Of a stretch of DNA of 64,000 bases, positions 50,575 to 61,920 are shown in pieces. Origin of the DNA: Camelus dromedarius (lineage: Eukaryota); the NCBI RefSeq assembly GCF_036321535.1, contig NC_087447.1, positions 42,782,001 to 42,846,000 on the forward strand. Reading direction: 5' to 3'. Numbering within the stretch: the stretch's first letter is position 1; each line of letters starts with the position of its first letter. The notes beneath the pieces were generated by a model, which was not told where the DNA came from, searched no databases, and saw only the letters and a list, made by a program, of their open reading frames with translations. Made by a program: the position numbers and the translations under genes.

Positions 50575-52032
50575 GTTGGGTAATCACTGGTCCCCTAGAC
50601 TTCCCTATCTGATGTGCTGTGCGTTGTTGGGGGTGTTGGGCCCTTACCCTGGCCCTCCCTCCACTGAGGGAGGGAGGGGAAGAGGCTGAGAACCAGGAGA
50701 AACAGCTGGTTGAAAGCAGGAAAGAGCTGGGGAGGGTAGCTGCAGACCCAGGGCCCTAGCCATGGGTGTGGTCTGGGAAGCTTAAGATTCCGTTTGGAAG
50801 AGTTCTCAGTACCAGTGCGCTTACACACACACCCCTTCTCTAACTGGTTCTTCCAGTTACGCGTATGTTGTGGAGTGGGGTGTTTAGCACCTGTGGTTAA
50901 TGACCAAAGGAGGTGTGTCGGGGGGTAGCGGGGCCAGATGGGGCTGGGTTCTTCCTTCAAGAGGGTCCATGTGATAAGTTTGGACTCTGACCAACCCCTT
51001 TAAAAGAGTGCAAAAGCAGAAATTCTTGGCGATGCCCTCATCTGTTATCTCATTGGCAAAGCTGGGAAATGTCGAGACCTCTGGCTTTCACAGCTGGCCT
51101 GATGAGATGGGGCTGCTCAGGGCCAAGGCTCCAGGGAGGAGGGCCACCTCTTCTCTCTCTCCAGGGGCAGCGTGGATAGCCTTCAGGGAAGCTGTGTGGG
51201 CAAGCATTCAGGTTAAAGCCTTGACGTCAGCCAGGCTTCCTGCCTCCCGTCCGTGCCCCTGCTAAATCTTCCCCAGGTTTTCCCACTCAGCTGCTGCTTC
51301 TTCAGCCTGGCTGTAGCTCTGCTCCCCAAGAGGTGGTTCTGAGCCCTATTCTCCAGCCCTCCTCCTTTCCCAGCTCTGAGCCATTGCTGTGGGATTAATT
51401 TGCTCTCAGCAGGTTCCATTTAGTGGCTCTAGGACTTGGGGTCTGTTTGGTCTCTGCACATCCCCATCCCTGGGCACCCTTACTGCCTGGCATGGGAGTG
51501 TCTCAGTGAGGCAGCTCCAGAGGGTAGAGCTCCAGGAAGTTAAGAGTAAGAGGTGAACTGGGCCTGGGAAGGGCCCAAGCTAAGTCTGGGGAGGCAGGGC
51601 TTGGGCCAGGGCCAGTGGTCATTTCCTGGAGAAGTGATTAGTGGCCTGGTTATATCAGAGAGGATGTTGAACGTTGCTGGAGAAGAAAAAGGCTGGTGTT
51701 AGGGCTGGGCAGGCAGGAGGAGCAGGCATTTGAGGCTTTCCTGAAATTTAGTTTTAGATGCAATACTAGGTCTGAGGACCTGGTGTTCCCAACTGTTTTC
51801 AGCTTCCAGGTTATCACTGATGTTCATTGATTACTTTCCAGGGCCCCAGTCTCCTCCCATCTATTTTTGGAGCTTTAGATTTTTTTTGTTAATGTTCAAA
51901 GCTTTGATTTTGGGTAAAGAAAGAAGGAAGACAAGAGAAGCGGTGAACAAGGGAGGAAAAGAGGGTTTGCCTTGGGATTTATTGACATGGCACTCAGAAG
52001 CTATTAGGAAGCTGAGAAACATCTATCTAAAA

Positions 52033-52362
52033 CAGTGGCTCTTAATGGGGCTGGGTGGGGCTCAGTTTCATCTCTCCATCCATTCACCCATCCACCTTTC
52101 AGTTTCTTCTTCCGTTCCTTTTTTTCCTTCCTTCCTTTGTCCATCTGTCCACTCATCCACCTGTCATCCATTTGTCCATCTGCTCAGGGGACATTTGACA
52201 GTGTCTGGAGACATTTTTGGTTCTTACCACTGAGGGGATGCCGCTGTCATTTGTTTTGTGGATCAAGGCCAGGGTTGCTACTGAACACCCTGCAGATGCA
52301 CAGGACAGTCCACCACAACAAGAATTATCCAGCCCAAATGTCAGTAGTTTGTAGGAACTCTG
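52033..52362. mobile_element. MER20 (hAT-Charlie) interrupted by a (TCCA)n-like low-complexity tract
   Basis: ggggacatttgacagtgtctggagacatttttggtt...gcacaggacag...aagaattatccagcccaaatgtca. Confidence 0.8.
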
Positions 52363-54380
52363 ATCTAAAGGAGTTGAAACAAGGTCATCCTGTTGGTTGG
52401 GGGATATGACGATAAGGGCTCTGGCTGGTCATGTAGCCCAAAGCAGTTTAGATTTGATGAGCCTGAAATAAATGTTCTTCCTGTTCTTCTTGCCCCCATG
52501 TGAACAGTGATGCTCTGGTCCCCTCTCACAGGATCAGGAAGACTGCCTGGCATTCTCTAGTCGTTGCTCCCCCAGCTGCACTGCTATAGGATATATGTTG
52601 GAAAGAGACCAAGAAATACAGAGTCTATCCTGATTCCTCCCTGAGTGCCCACAGTGGGGTAGGCTGGAGAAAACATGCAGGGGATGCCAGTTTCATATTT
52701 GGCTTCTTGGCTTCTTGAGGCCGGGTTGCTGGGCCAGCTCTGCTTAGTCAGGGCTCTGGAATGGAGACAAGTCATTTTCATAGCATGACTGTGTTACAGG
52801 AAAACTGCTGTTCCATTGCTGGGGACTCTGCTTGGTGTTGGGAATCTCTTAATCCAGTCCCAAATCCTTTCTTGACCTATCTTTGACTCATAAGTTTACA
52901 GATTTATATTGCTCCCATGACAGTCTAATTAACTGTGACCAAAATCCCCCCTCACAGCCCCACTCCCCTCCCCCCACACCTCTGTAAAGGCATTTCCTAA
53001 ATTCATTGTGGTTTTTCGCGATAGTAATAAGTAGATACCACAATTGGGGGGAGGGACCTTGGTTTTGGAAATTGAGAAATCCGAAAGCATAGAGAGATTG
53101 TTTTTTCTCCTTCGTCCTATTCTAGGAAAGCTTAGACTCGCAGTGGCCTCTGTCTAGTCCCATGGCTTTTTCTTCTGCCTGTTCCCTGAGAAGTGGCATC
53201 TGAACTCCCTGGGAGTGTGAGGCACACGCAGGCATCCATGGGGCTCAGTGGTCACTCAGGCTCAATCCTGCTCTCCCCTGTGTACTTCCTCCAGCAAAGC
53301 TGTATGCTGGTCACTGTACCTGGGTCCCAAATGGTGGCATTGATATGGAGAGGAGGCTGTGGAAAGACGAGAGAAAGGAGAGCAGAGGGCTGTATTCACT
53401 CACAGTCCCCACGGACCTTGTCACTGCTGTGATTATGCTGCACAATTGAGCCAGGACTGGCCTCGCTTATGATGTTACTGTATTTTAGAAAAGTCCAGTT
53501 GTGTGTTGGCGGGAACGGGGCAGGAGGTGTGGTTTGGGAGAGGGGGTAGCACTTCAAGAGCAGGGACTATGCTTTGGACTTCCTGTGATTTTTCTGGTCG
53601 TGCCAATATAGCACCCATAGCCATGTATTTTAGAAATGAGTCCTGAGAAGAGAAGCAAGAACTACCCCCCAACCCCACCTCTCTGGCCCAGACTCCCTTC
53701 AGGCCTCTCACATCTCCCGTGCGTCACAGCAGGAGAGTTTATTCCAAGAGGGGACTGATGACCATTCTCTTGCTGAGGTCCGTGGTGGAGGAAGTGGAGT
53801 GACGCGACAGACCGGTTCATTGAACAATAACACTGAGCACCCACTACTTACTAATCACTGCTCTGGTGTGGGGTCACCTCAGTGGGCCAGACAAAAAGCC
53901 CTGTCCTGAGAGAGCTGTTGAGCAGTGTGCAGGCGAGAGGGAGGCCTGGTAAAACCTGGCTCCCTGGAGTTCTTCAGAGTGCCTCCATGCCCATCCCCAG
54001 AAGTGGTCCTCAGGGAGCTGTTGGTGAAGGGACAGGCGTGTGACCTCTGAAACCCTTTCCTGCCTTGAACTGTGTATCTCTGGGGCTTTTGCAGCAGAGG
54101 GACTGGAGCCAAGGAAAGACGTCTGATGTTGGCTTTGTCCTCTGGCTGGGCACAGGCGGGGGTGGCTGAGCCAGTCTTGTGCAATCCTTGAATTTATAAA
54201 GGAGAGACGAGACAAGGCTGAGCTGAAGTGGGAGTGGGGGGGGGGGGGTTCAGCTTCTGGACTTGGAGCCAGGATCTGTTTGTAGCCTCCCCCCTGCAGA
54301 CGGGCAGCTGCGTGACTCATGAGCTGACAGGCTAGGCAGAGAAGCCACTCTCTTTGGTTCACAGGAATTCAGCTTGTTTA

Positions 54381-54382
<2 letters not shown>

Positions 54383-54436
<54 letters not shown>

Positions 54437-54437
54437 T
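54383..54437 (+). repeat. (TG)25 T5 microsatellite
   Basis: Read directly; ends 44 nt before exon 54482. Confidence 0.97.
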
Positions 54438-54481
54438 CCTTCTCTCCTTCTCTCCCTTCTCTAACTTCTCCTCCTCTGCAG

Positions 54482-54633
54482 GAGATCTGCCCAAGGAGAA
54501 TCCATATGAGGATGTGGACTTAAAGAGCCGAAGAGCAGGACGAAAATCTCAGCAACTGTCTGAGAACTCCTTGGACTCTTTGCACAGGATGTGGAGTCCT
54601 CAGGACAGGAAGTACAACCACCCCCCCGCTCAG
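54482..54633 (+). CDS. DENND2B: DENND2B coding exon (GDLPKENPYEDV...MWSPQDRKYNHPPAQ); contains Met529 (ATG 54589), the probable p70 start
   Basis: Branch point ctaac 54461-54465, cag acceptor ending 54481, donor CAG|gtaacg; 152 nt. Met529 obtained by counting the spliced frame. Confidence 0.96.
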
Positions 54634-56173
54634 GTAACGGCAGCCCCGACTTGGTCCTGTGTGGTCAGCACGAGGCGGGGCCAGCTTCCACGCAGGCTTT
54701 TCCCCTCACTAGTGCTTGGCAGAGGAGGTGACGTCAGGAGAGAACGCTGCACTCAGGGACTTCTGCCATGTTTGCTGTCCCCGGGGACAGTCAAGAAGTG
54801 CTCTCAGGGAATCCTGTCCTACCCTCTTTCCTTCTCTGCTTGGGCTCTGAGCTGCAAAACTAAGACAGGAGCCCCTGTGGTCTCCTGTGTAATCATTATT
54901 CCTCCCTGCCTTCTGTGGGAAACAGGAAGACAGGTCTCGGGCTGGAGCCTTGGTGCTCTGCAGCTCTGGCAGAACTGATCTCAGCACTGGCGTTTGAGGG
55001 CCAGGCATAGGCCCAAGAACCAGATTTGGAGAACTAGACAGGTGTCTGCAAGACCTGGAGCTGCTCCCATGAGGTGAATGGGTGAATGAATGAATCTCTG
55101 AGGGTTAGACTGTTAGAGGCAGAATGAAAGAAAGGTGAAGAGTCAAAGGAGGCTCTCAGATCTTAGCTCATTCTGGCCTTGTCCATGGTGAACAGGAGGC
55201 AGGAGACTGGAGATCTTTTCTTGGACCTACCCAGGCAACTAATTCTCTATACAAATGGAATACCTAGATACTTTATAACTTCAGCTAGAGGATATAAAAA
55301 TGATTTCTTCTGGCTTTGGAATGATGTGATTGTTTTTATAAAGGATTTACCTTTTAGTGTGCTCTGTTCAAACAAACTTCCATTGAATTTGTATTTCCAG
55401 ACCAATTGGGTGGGAAGAGGAAACTAGGGGAGGGAGGAAGGAGGACTTGCTGAGGAGTGATGAGAGGCAATGCAAGGTCCAGACGACAGGCAGAAGGCAT
55501 GCCAGGTTTGCAGGGATGTGGCCTTTCTAGCAGTGAGCAGGATCTGCTGAAAGTAAGGTGCCCTGTGCCGAAGGGTGTCAGTCTAGATGGAGGGAGGCCG
55601 AAGGTAGGTAAGGGCTGGGGATGCGGGCAGCCCAGGACCAAGTAGGTGAGGGAGCCACTCTGAGGCCTGCCTTCCTGGGCTTTGGTGGTCAGAGCCCAGA
55701 GCCCCATGTTCTCCCTGGAAGAAGTGAGCAGGGCTGGACTGGCATGTAGATTCTGGCTTCTGCTAGAGAAGCCCTTTAGGACCAGGGCTGAGTAGGGAAG
55801 ACTGGCTGCATCAGCCATGCCCAGTAATGAACAGTCTAAGCCTCGTCCCAGAGTTCAGGGGGAACCCCCAGAATTCTCACTTGGCCTTCTTTTTCCACTC
55901 AGATGACAACCCAGTTTTCTTAGTCTTTGCTTTCTTTTTTCTGGCAGAAGTAGTTAAGCTTTCTTTGTGGAAGCAAGTATCTAATCTAGCCCTGGCCTGC
56001 TGATTAGCAGTTGAGGTCTTAAAAGAGGAAACCCTGGTAGATGGAAACGCCAGGGTGGGATATGGGGAGTCAGGGGTGCCAGCCTGTGGCTTCTATGTTC
56101 AGGCCCCAGTAGGCAGGTGCCAGCCAAGGCATCTGTGGTGAGTCACTCACCCGTGTCCCCTCCCCCATGCCAG

Positions 56174-56389
56174 CTCTCCCTGAAGCCCGGCAGCCAGACC
56201 CTGCGCAGTGGGAATTGGTCAGAAAGGAAGAGCCACCGGCTGCCACGATTACCCAAGAGGCACAGCCATGACGACATGCTGCTGCTGGCTCAGTTGAGCC
56301 TGCCGTCTTCACCTTCCAGCCTCAACGAAGACAGCCTCAGCACCACGAGCGAGCTGCTGTCTAGCCGCCGGGCCCGCCGCATTCCCAAG
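56174..56389 (+). CDS. DENND2B: DENND2B coding exon (LSLKPGSQ...RRARRIPK)
   Basis: cag acceptor 56171-56173, donor AAG|gtagcc; 216 nt; ST5-like translation. Confidence 0.95.
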
Positions 56390-57337
56390 GTAGCCTCTCC
56401 AGATGGAGCCGCTGGGGCTGGGCAGGTGGGCAGGCAGGCAGGCAGGCAGGCAAGCAGGTGGATGGCTCTTCTCTCCCTTCCTTCCTTCTCTGATCTGGGC
56501 CTGCTTCCTCCATTCTCCTTAACTAGATTTGAGTTCGTGCACTGGCCTTTCTTTTTCACCTGGCTAATCCTGTTTTCTTATCAATAAAGATGCACTAAGT
56601 GAATAACGCTGTGCAGATGTTAGGGGAAAACAGGCTAGCCTGGCCCCGGGGGGTGCTCCATGCTGCTGGGTGGATGGAAACAGTCCTTAGGAGGCTCCCC
56701 ATTGATGAGTGTGGAGTGTGTGTTTCCAAGTCCCTGCGTCCACATAAGTATCTCTAGGCTTTGAAGGACCTAGGACTCAAACATGGGTCTTCCTTTCTAT
56801 AACTCTCAGAATTGAGAGTTTTCAGCAGTGATTTGCACACATAGGCAGCCAGGCCCAAATCCCCAGCCCAAAGCAGCAGGATCTAGCCAGTTGGTATTTT
56901 TAGCCTGCAAACAATGCTTGGGTATACTGGGAATTTAGCTCCTTCCTGCCAGGGCCCCGGGTTGTGGCCCAGAGGGGAAAGGCTCCAATCCTTGTTCCTG
57001 TTGTTGCCTCTGGGCAGCTCTTTGTCTCATTTGGTTCAGTGACTCTTGAGACCCAGGAGCTCCCATCCTGTCTAGTTTGATCACAGTTCCTTCCTCTGGG
57101 GAGCTAAGTGTAATGCCCCTGTCTTGGGCAGGAGACCACTAAGGGGACAAGTAGATGGAGAGCTACCAGTCTGCCCTTTGCATCAGTGCAGCAGGAAGAC
57201 CAGTCCTGGGCCTCGTGTGGGGAGGGCAGAAGGCTTGCACCCAGTAGGGGAACAGATGGCTTCTATAAATCAACCTTCCTAGAAGCAGGGGCAGTTGGTG
57301 TTAGGGTCATCTTACCCTCCCTGCTTTTCTCACCCAG

Positions 57338-57434
57338 CTTGTCCAAAGAATTAACTCCATCTACAATGCCAAGAGGGGAAAGAAGAGGTTAAAAAAGCTG
57401 TCTATGTCTAGCATTGAGACATCATCGCTGAGAG
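57338..57434 (+). CDS. DENND2B: DENND2B coding exon (LVQRINSIYNAKRGKKRLKKLSMSSIETSSLR)
   Basis: ctgcttttctcacccag acceptor, donor GAG|gtaagt; 97 nt; translated by hand (absent from the ORF track in this frame). Confidence 0.95.
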
Positions 57435-58059
57435 GTAAGTCTGGATGCCTGAGCTGGCTCAGGTGTCTGGGGCCCTTGGGCATGTGGAGTGGGGAGGGGC
57501 ATGGACTAGCCTCAGTTTACCCTTCCATGGGCCAATTGTGGGGTCCTCCTGCTTTCTAGGAGGATAGAGCCTTGCCAAAAACTGGCTACATAGGAGGGGA
57601 GGGCCATGGAGGGAAGAAAGCCCTAGGATGGGTTAGTTCAGGCTTTGGGCTGTGAGGCCCTGAATAGGGAGGTGGGTGTGGGAATTCGCTTCTGGCAAAA
57701 GGAAAGGCCAGACTTACCGAGCACTGTGGTCTGTTTCCCATTTCAAATCTTGGCCTCCTAGAGGCCAGACCCTTGTGTTCCAGGCCCATAGGCCTCTCTG
57801 CTGGCTCAGCCTCCAACTTGGGCCCTCAGCTTCCTCCATATCAGGACAGGATGGATAGGGGTTTGTATATAGATTAGCACCTGTTGTTTGAGCTCCGAGG
57901 GGCCCTGGCCCCAGGCCATGCAGTGCCTGGCCAGAGTCCCACTGGAGCCCAGACAAGGTACATCCCTCATGAGAAGGGTTGGTGTGGGAGGAGGCACAGA
58001 AAACATTTGCTGTGGGGCAGTGGCTCAGCAAGTGTGCATTCCTGCTGTTACTTTTCCAG

Positions 58060-58104
58060 ATGAGAACAGTGAGAGCGAGAGCGACTCTGATGACAGGTTC
58101 AAAG
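58060..58104 (+). CDS. DENND2B: DENND2B 45-nt coding exon (DENSESESDSDDRFK)
   Basis: cttttccag acceptor, donor AAG|gtgagc; phase 1-1. Confidence 0.95.
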
Positions 58105-59142
58105 GTGAGCGTGGCTCCCCAAGAACTTGGAGCCCTCTCCCAGCCCTGGCTGTAGGAAACCAGCCTTCCCTTCCTCCACACCTACAGTTCCCATGTTCCA
58201 AAGTGGCCCCATTTGGAGAGGTGATGGCAGGCATGATACCAGGCCAATAGAGCAAGGAGCTACAGGGAAGTCCTTGCCTACAGTCGTGGAGCTCAGCCCC
58301 GCGAGGTTAAATTCAGAGTCCCCCCTTGCCCAAATTTAAGGCCGGTGACCCTGCTCTTACTTTCCTAAGTTGTTGTCCGTGGGAATTGGGTGCTAGGTTT
58401 GCCTAGTAAGTGTTGTGGATCTGGAGGGTCAGAGATGGGTTCAGAAGATGACAAGTGCCTCTCCTGGTTGTAAGAACTGTGCCATAGTCTGAGGCATCTG
58501 GTCCTCTGGAGGCCCTGAGGCCACTCATCTCCCCTCTCCCTGGAGAGAACTGCCACCTCCCTGGAAGGGTTCTGGGACCTTCACATTCCAGGGGCCTTGA
58601 ACAAATCTCTGTCCTTTCTCTAGTAGGAAACCCTGCCTAGACCCTTCTGGATAATTAAAGTATATGGGATCTAGCTCCCTCCTTCCCTCCTCCACTGGTC
58701 CCCCAGGCGAGTGGACAAGTGGACTCTGGGCCCAGGAACAGGGAAAAGGGGTCTAAGGCCAAGGACTCTGATAGGGGCCCAAGGATGGAGGCTTCGTGGA
58801 TGTTCAGATCTCCTAGTCCTGTTGGTGTAGGGCAGGGGCAGGGGTGGGTGTGTGCCACTGATACATTCCTGGGTTTGCCTGGCTCAGGCAGTCTTATTGG
58901 CCCCAGCTCAGCCTTCAGGGGCTCCAGAAGGCCCAGGCTCGTAGCTCCCGTGTCAGGACGGACAGTCCAGACATCTTGCTCCTGCCGCTTCTCCCCCACA
59001 CCTCGCTGGGCCAGGGTGTCAGACTAGGCTCGTGCACTTAGAGGTGACCCGCAGAGATGGAGCCCTGAGTCTGCGGTGGAGGCGGCTGACATGAGGTCTT
59101 GAGGGCCCAGCCGCCTGTCTCTGATGTGTGACGTGCCCTCAG

Positions 59143-59327
59143 CCCACACACAGCGCTTAGTCCATATCCAGTCCATGCTGAAGCGTGCACCCAGCTACCG
59201 GACCCTGGAGCTGGAGCTGCTGGAGTGGCAGGAGCGGGAGCTGTTTGAGTACTTCGTGGTGGTATCCCTCAAAAAGAAGCCATCCCGAAACACCTACCTC
59301 CCTGAAGTCTCCTACCAGTTTCCCAAG
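59143..59327 (+). CDS. DENND2B: DENND2B coding exon (AHTQRLVHIQSMLK...LFEYFVVVSL...YQFPK), start of uDENN
   Basis: ccctcag acceptor, donor AAG|gtgagg; 185 nt; LFEYFVVV is the typical uDENN start. Confidence 0.96.
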
Positions 59328-59599
59328 GTGAGGCCCTCTCCTGTGCCGCCTTCTTTCTGCCCGGCCCATCTGGGGAAGAAGAGAGATCCCGTTCCTGCCT
59401 CGCTGCACCCTCCCTGAGCATGGCTCCCTATAGCCAGGAGGGAGGAGAGGGCTTTGGAGGTTGTGGGTTTGGGCCAGTGATTATTTGGAGGCCGAGGGCT
59501 GAGAGAACACCCCCCGCTCTACCTAGAATAAGATCCACGTTGTTTACAAGGACTGTGAGGGGCCTGAGGGAGGGCCCCCAGCCACTTCTCTACCTTACT

Positions 59600-60195
59600 C
59601 CTTTTTTAAACCATTTTATTGAGATAAAATCACATACTATACAATTCATCTGTTTAAAGTGTATGTTTCAGTGACTTTCAGTATATTCACAGTTATACAA
59701 TCAACTTTAGAACATTTTCGTCACCCTAGAGAGAAACCCTGTCCCATTAGCAGTCACTGCCCATTTCCTCCACCTGCCCCTCTTACCCCTCCTTCCCTGC
59801 TCATCCCCAGCCAGCCCATCTGCCTCTTTTTCTTTAACACTCAGGCCCTTTCTCTCTGCGTTGCCTTTGCCTGGAATCTTCTTTCTTCACCCTTCACTTG
59901 GCTGCTGGCTCTTTCTCATTCTTCATTCTCTGCTCAAATAGTACCTATTCCAGGAGATCCTTCCAGCCCCATGAAAGTAGCCCATCTCCCCACCGAGTTA
60001 CCTTTGTCGTATCTCCACCCTGGTTTATTTCCTTTGTGACACCCTCTGAAATTTTGTTGTTGGTTATCTCACTCTGCTGATCAAAACGTTCAGGGACAGG
60101 GACCTCGTCCACTTTTGTTTCCTGTTGGTTACCCAGCACATGGCGGAGTGCCAGGTGCCACATAGAAGGTGCTAGTTTGAATGAATAAATGATGA
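59600..60195. mobile_element. L1M 3' fragment (minus, ~59600-59790) followed by L2 3' fragment (plus, ~59810-60195)
   Basis: ttttattgagataaaatcacatactatacaattcatctgtttaaagtgta; then ttgcctggaatcttc...ttgaatgaataaatga. Confidence 0.7.
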
Positions 60196-60379
60196 CTCAA
60201 CCCACACCCAGACCTCTCTGTAGGAATTGGGAGTGGGGCTGGGGTTGCTGAGAAGCATGCCAGTTGAGAGAGTGCCACCTCAGGCTCTCGGGGGAGGAGA
60301 TATTTCTCAGCTACCCCTTGCTCCCCCAACTTCCATGTTTTCTCTTATCTGTCTCTCCCCACGTTCCCCTTCCTTGCAG

Positions 60380-60489
60380 CTGGATCGACCCACCAAGCAG
60401 ATGCGGGAGGCAGAGGAGAGGCTCAAGGCTATTCCCCAGTTTTGCTTCCCTGATGCCAAGGACTGGCTGCCTGTGTCAGAGTACAGCAG
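60380..60489 (+). CDS. DENND2B: DENND2B coding exon (LDRPTKQ...IPQFCFPDAKDWLPVSEYS)
   Basis: ccttgcag acceptor, donor CAG|gtgagg; 110 nt; FCFP uDENN motif. Confidence 0.96.
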
Positions 60490-60679
60490 GTGAGGCTCGG
60501 CCTGGCCTGGCTGGAGGGAGGAAGGGGCCACAGCCCATGGCAGTGGGCAGCTGAGCGGGGCCCACCTGAGCCCCCGCCTCCTCTCCTACAGCAGCCGGGC
60601 CCTCCACCCCTCCCTGGGAAGGCAGTCCCTCTTCTTGGGGGTTGTTTCCTCCCTGATGCCAGACTTCTCCCTGTTCCAG

Positions 60680-60749
60680 TGAGACTTTTTCTTTCATGCT
60701 GACTGGGGAAGATGGCAGCAGACGCTTTGGCTACTGCAGGCGCTTGCTG
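60680..60749 (+). CDS. DENND2B: DENND2B coding exon (SETFSFMLTGEDGSRRFGYCRRLL)
   Basis: ctgttccag acceptor, donor CTG|gtgagt; 70 nt; FSFxLTxxDGxRxFGYC DENN motif. Confidence 0.96.
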
Positions 60750-60789
60750 GTGAGTAGGGCCATTCAGTCCTCAGGGGCTGGGCCACAGA

Positions 60790-60907
60790 GTGTGTGTGTG
60801 TGTGTGTGTGCGTGCCCTTCTTCAGCTTGAGCTTGTAGTAACTCCTGTGTTCTGCTCCCTTGTGTGCTCTCTGAGGCCACCACCACACACATGCAAACAC
60901 ACACACA
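60790..60907. repeat. (TG)10 tract and downstream imperfect (CA)n tract
   Basis: (TG)10 at 60791-60810; cacacacatgcaaacacacacaca at 60884-60907. Confidence 0.85.
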
Positions 60908-61539
60908 GCACTCCTGGGATCGCAGGGCTCAAAGTGGCCTCTCTTATTTGGCCCCAGGATCTAAGATAATCTGCAATAAGGGAAGAGAGTGAATCACCTT
61001 CTACTGGGCTGTCGTATATTTTTAGCTTTTCTATACTTTTTCTTTTCATTCATTTTCTTTGGGCTTATGGGCTCTGATTGCTGATCCAGGTTGCAGGATC
61101 ATATCACCCCAGCAGTATGTGTGTGGAGGTGGGATGGAGGACAACCCTCCTCACCCCCACACCTGGCCAGCCTGATGTGCGTTCTGTCCATGGTCTGGTA
61201 GGGCTGGAGGCTGAGCAGGGACAGAGCAGTACCTTCTTTGGGATTCTGGTAGGGATGTCTTGAACTCAGGGGAAAGGGAGGGTTCTGAAAATAAAAACCA
61301 TGTTGTTGAGAGAGATCCCCTCCCTCATCCCCCTCCCCATCAGTCCCAGGAGATAGACTTAGGTAAATGTAAGGAGGGTCCTGTCATGCTTTCCCCCGGG
61401 GCTCACCAGGGATGTCGCTGGCTTGGGTTATTGACAGTGTTTCAGGGTCCCCAGACCTTAGTGGGACAAGGGACAGGATGAAGGGGATCCTAGGCAAGGG
61501 TGGTGTATAAGTAAGGACCCCAAATTAAGAATTCTGGGG

Positions 61540-61920
61540 CATTCATTCATTCAGTCATTTATTCATTCGGAAACATGTACCGTACACCTATTGAAGGTCA
61601 GGCAACACGCTAAATGCACATAAAGATGAGATAGGCATGGATCCTTTCTTCAAGGAGCTTTAATCTGGTAGAGGAGGTAGGACTTTTAATGTAGAAGGGA
61701 CAGCAAAGGGAATGAACTATTATTTGGGACCTATTTATGTTCCAGACTAGGTGCTTTAAGCTTGTCATTTTCTTCATTCTTCATAATAGCCCATGAGGTA
61801 TTATTATATCCATTCTATAGTTTAAGAAACTGAGATTCAGAAGTGGAAGGATTTGCCCTGGGTCACACAACCAGTGAGGGCCAGGGCCAGGACTGTCTCC
61901 AAGTCCTTTAACACCAAGTC
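61540..61920 (-). mobile_element. L2 3' end plus MIR fragment
   Basis: (cattcatt)n tail at 61540; aagaaactgagattcagaagtggaaggatttgccctgggtcacac MIR core. Confidence 0.65.
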
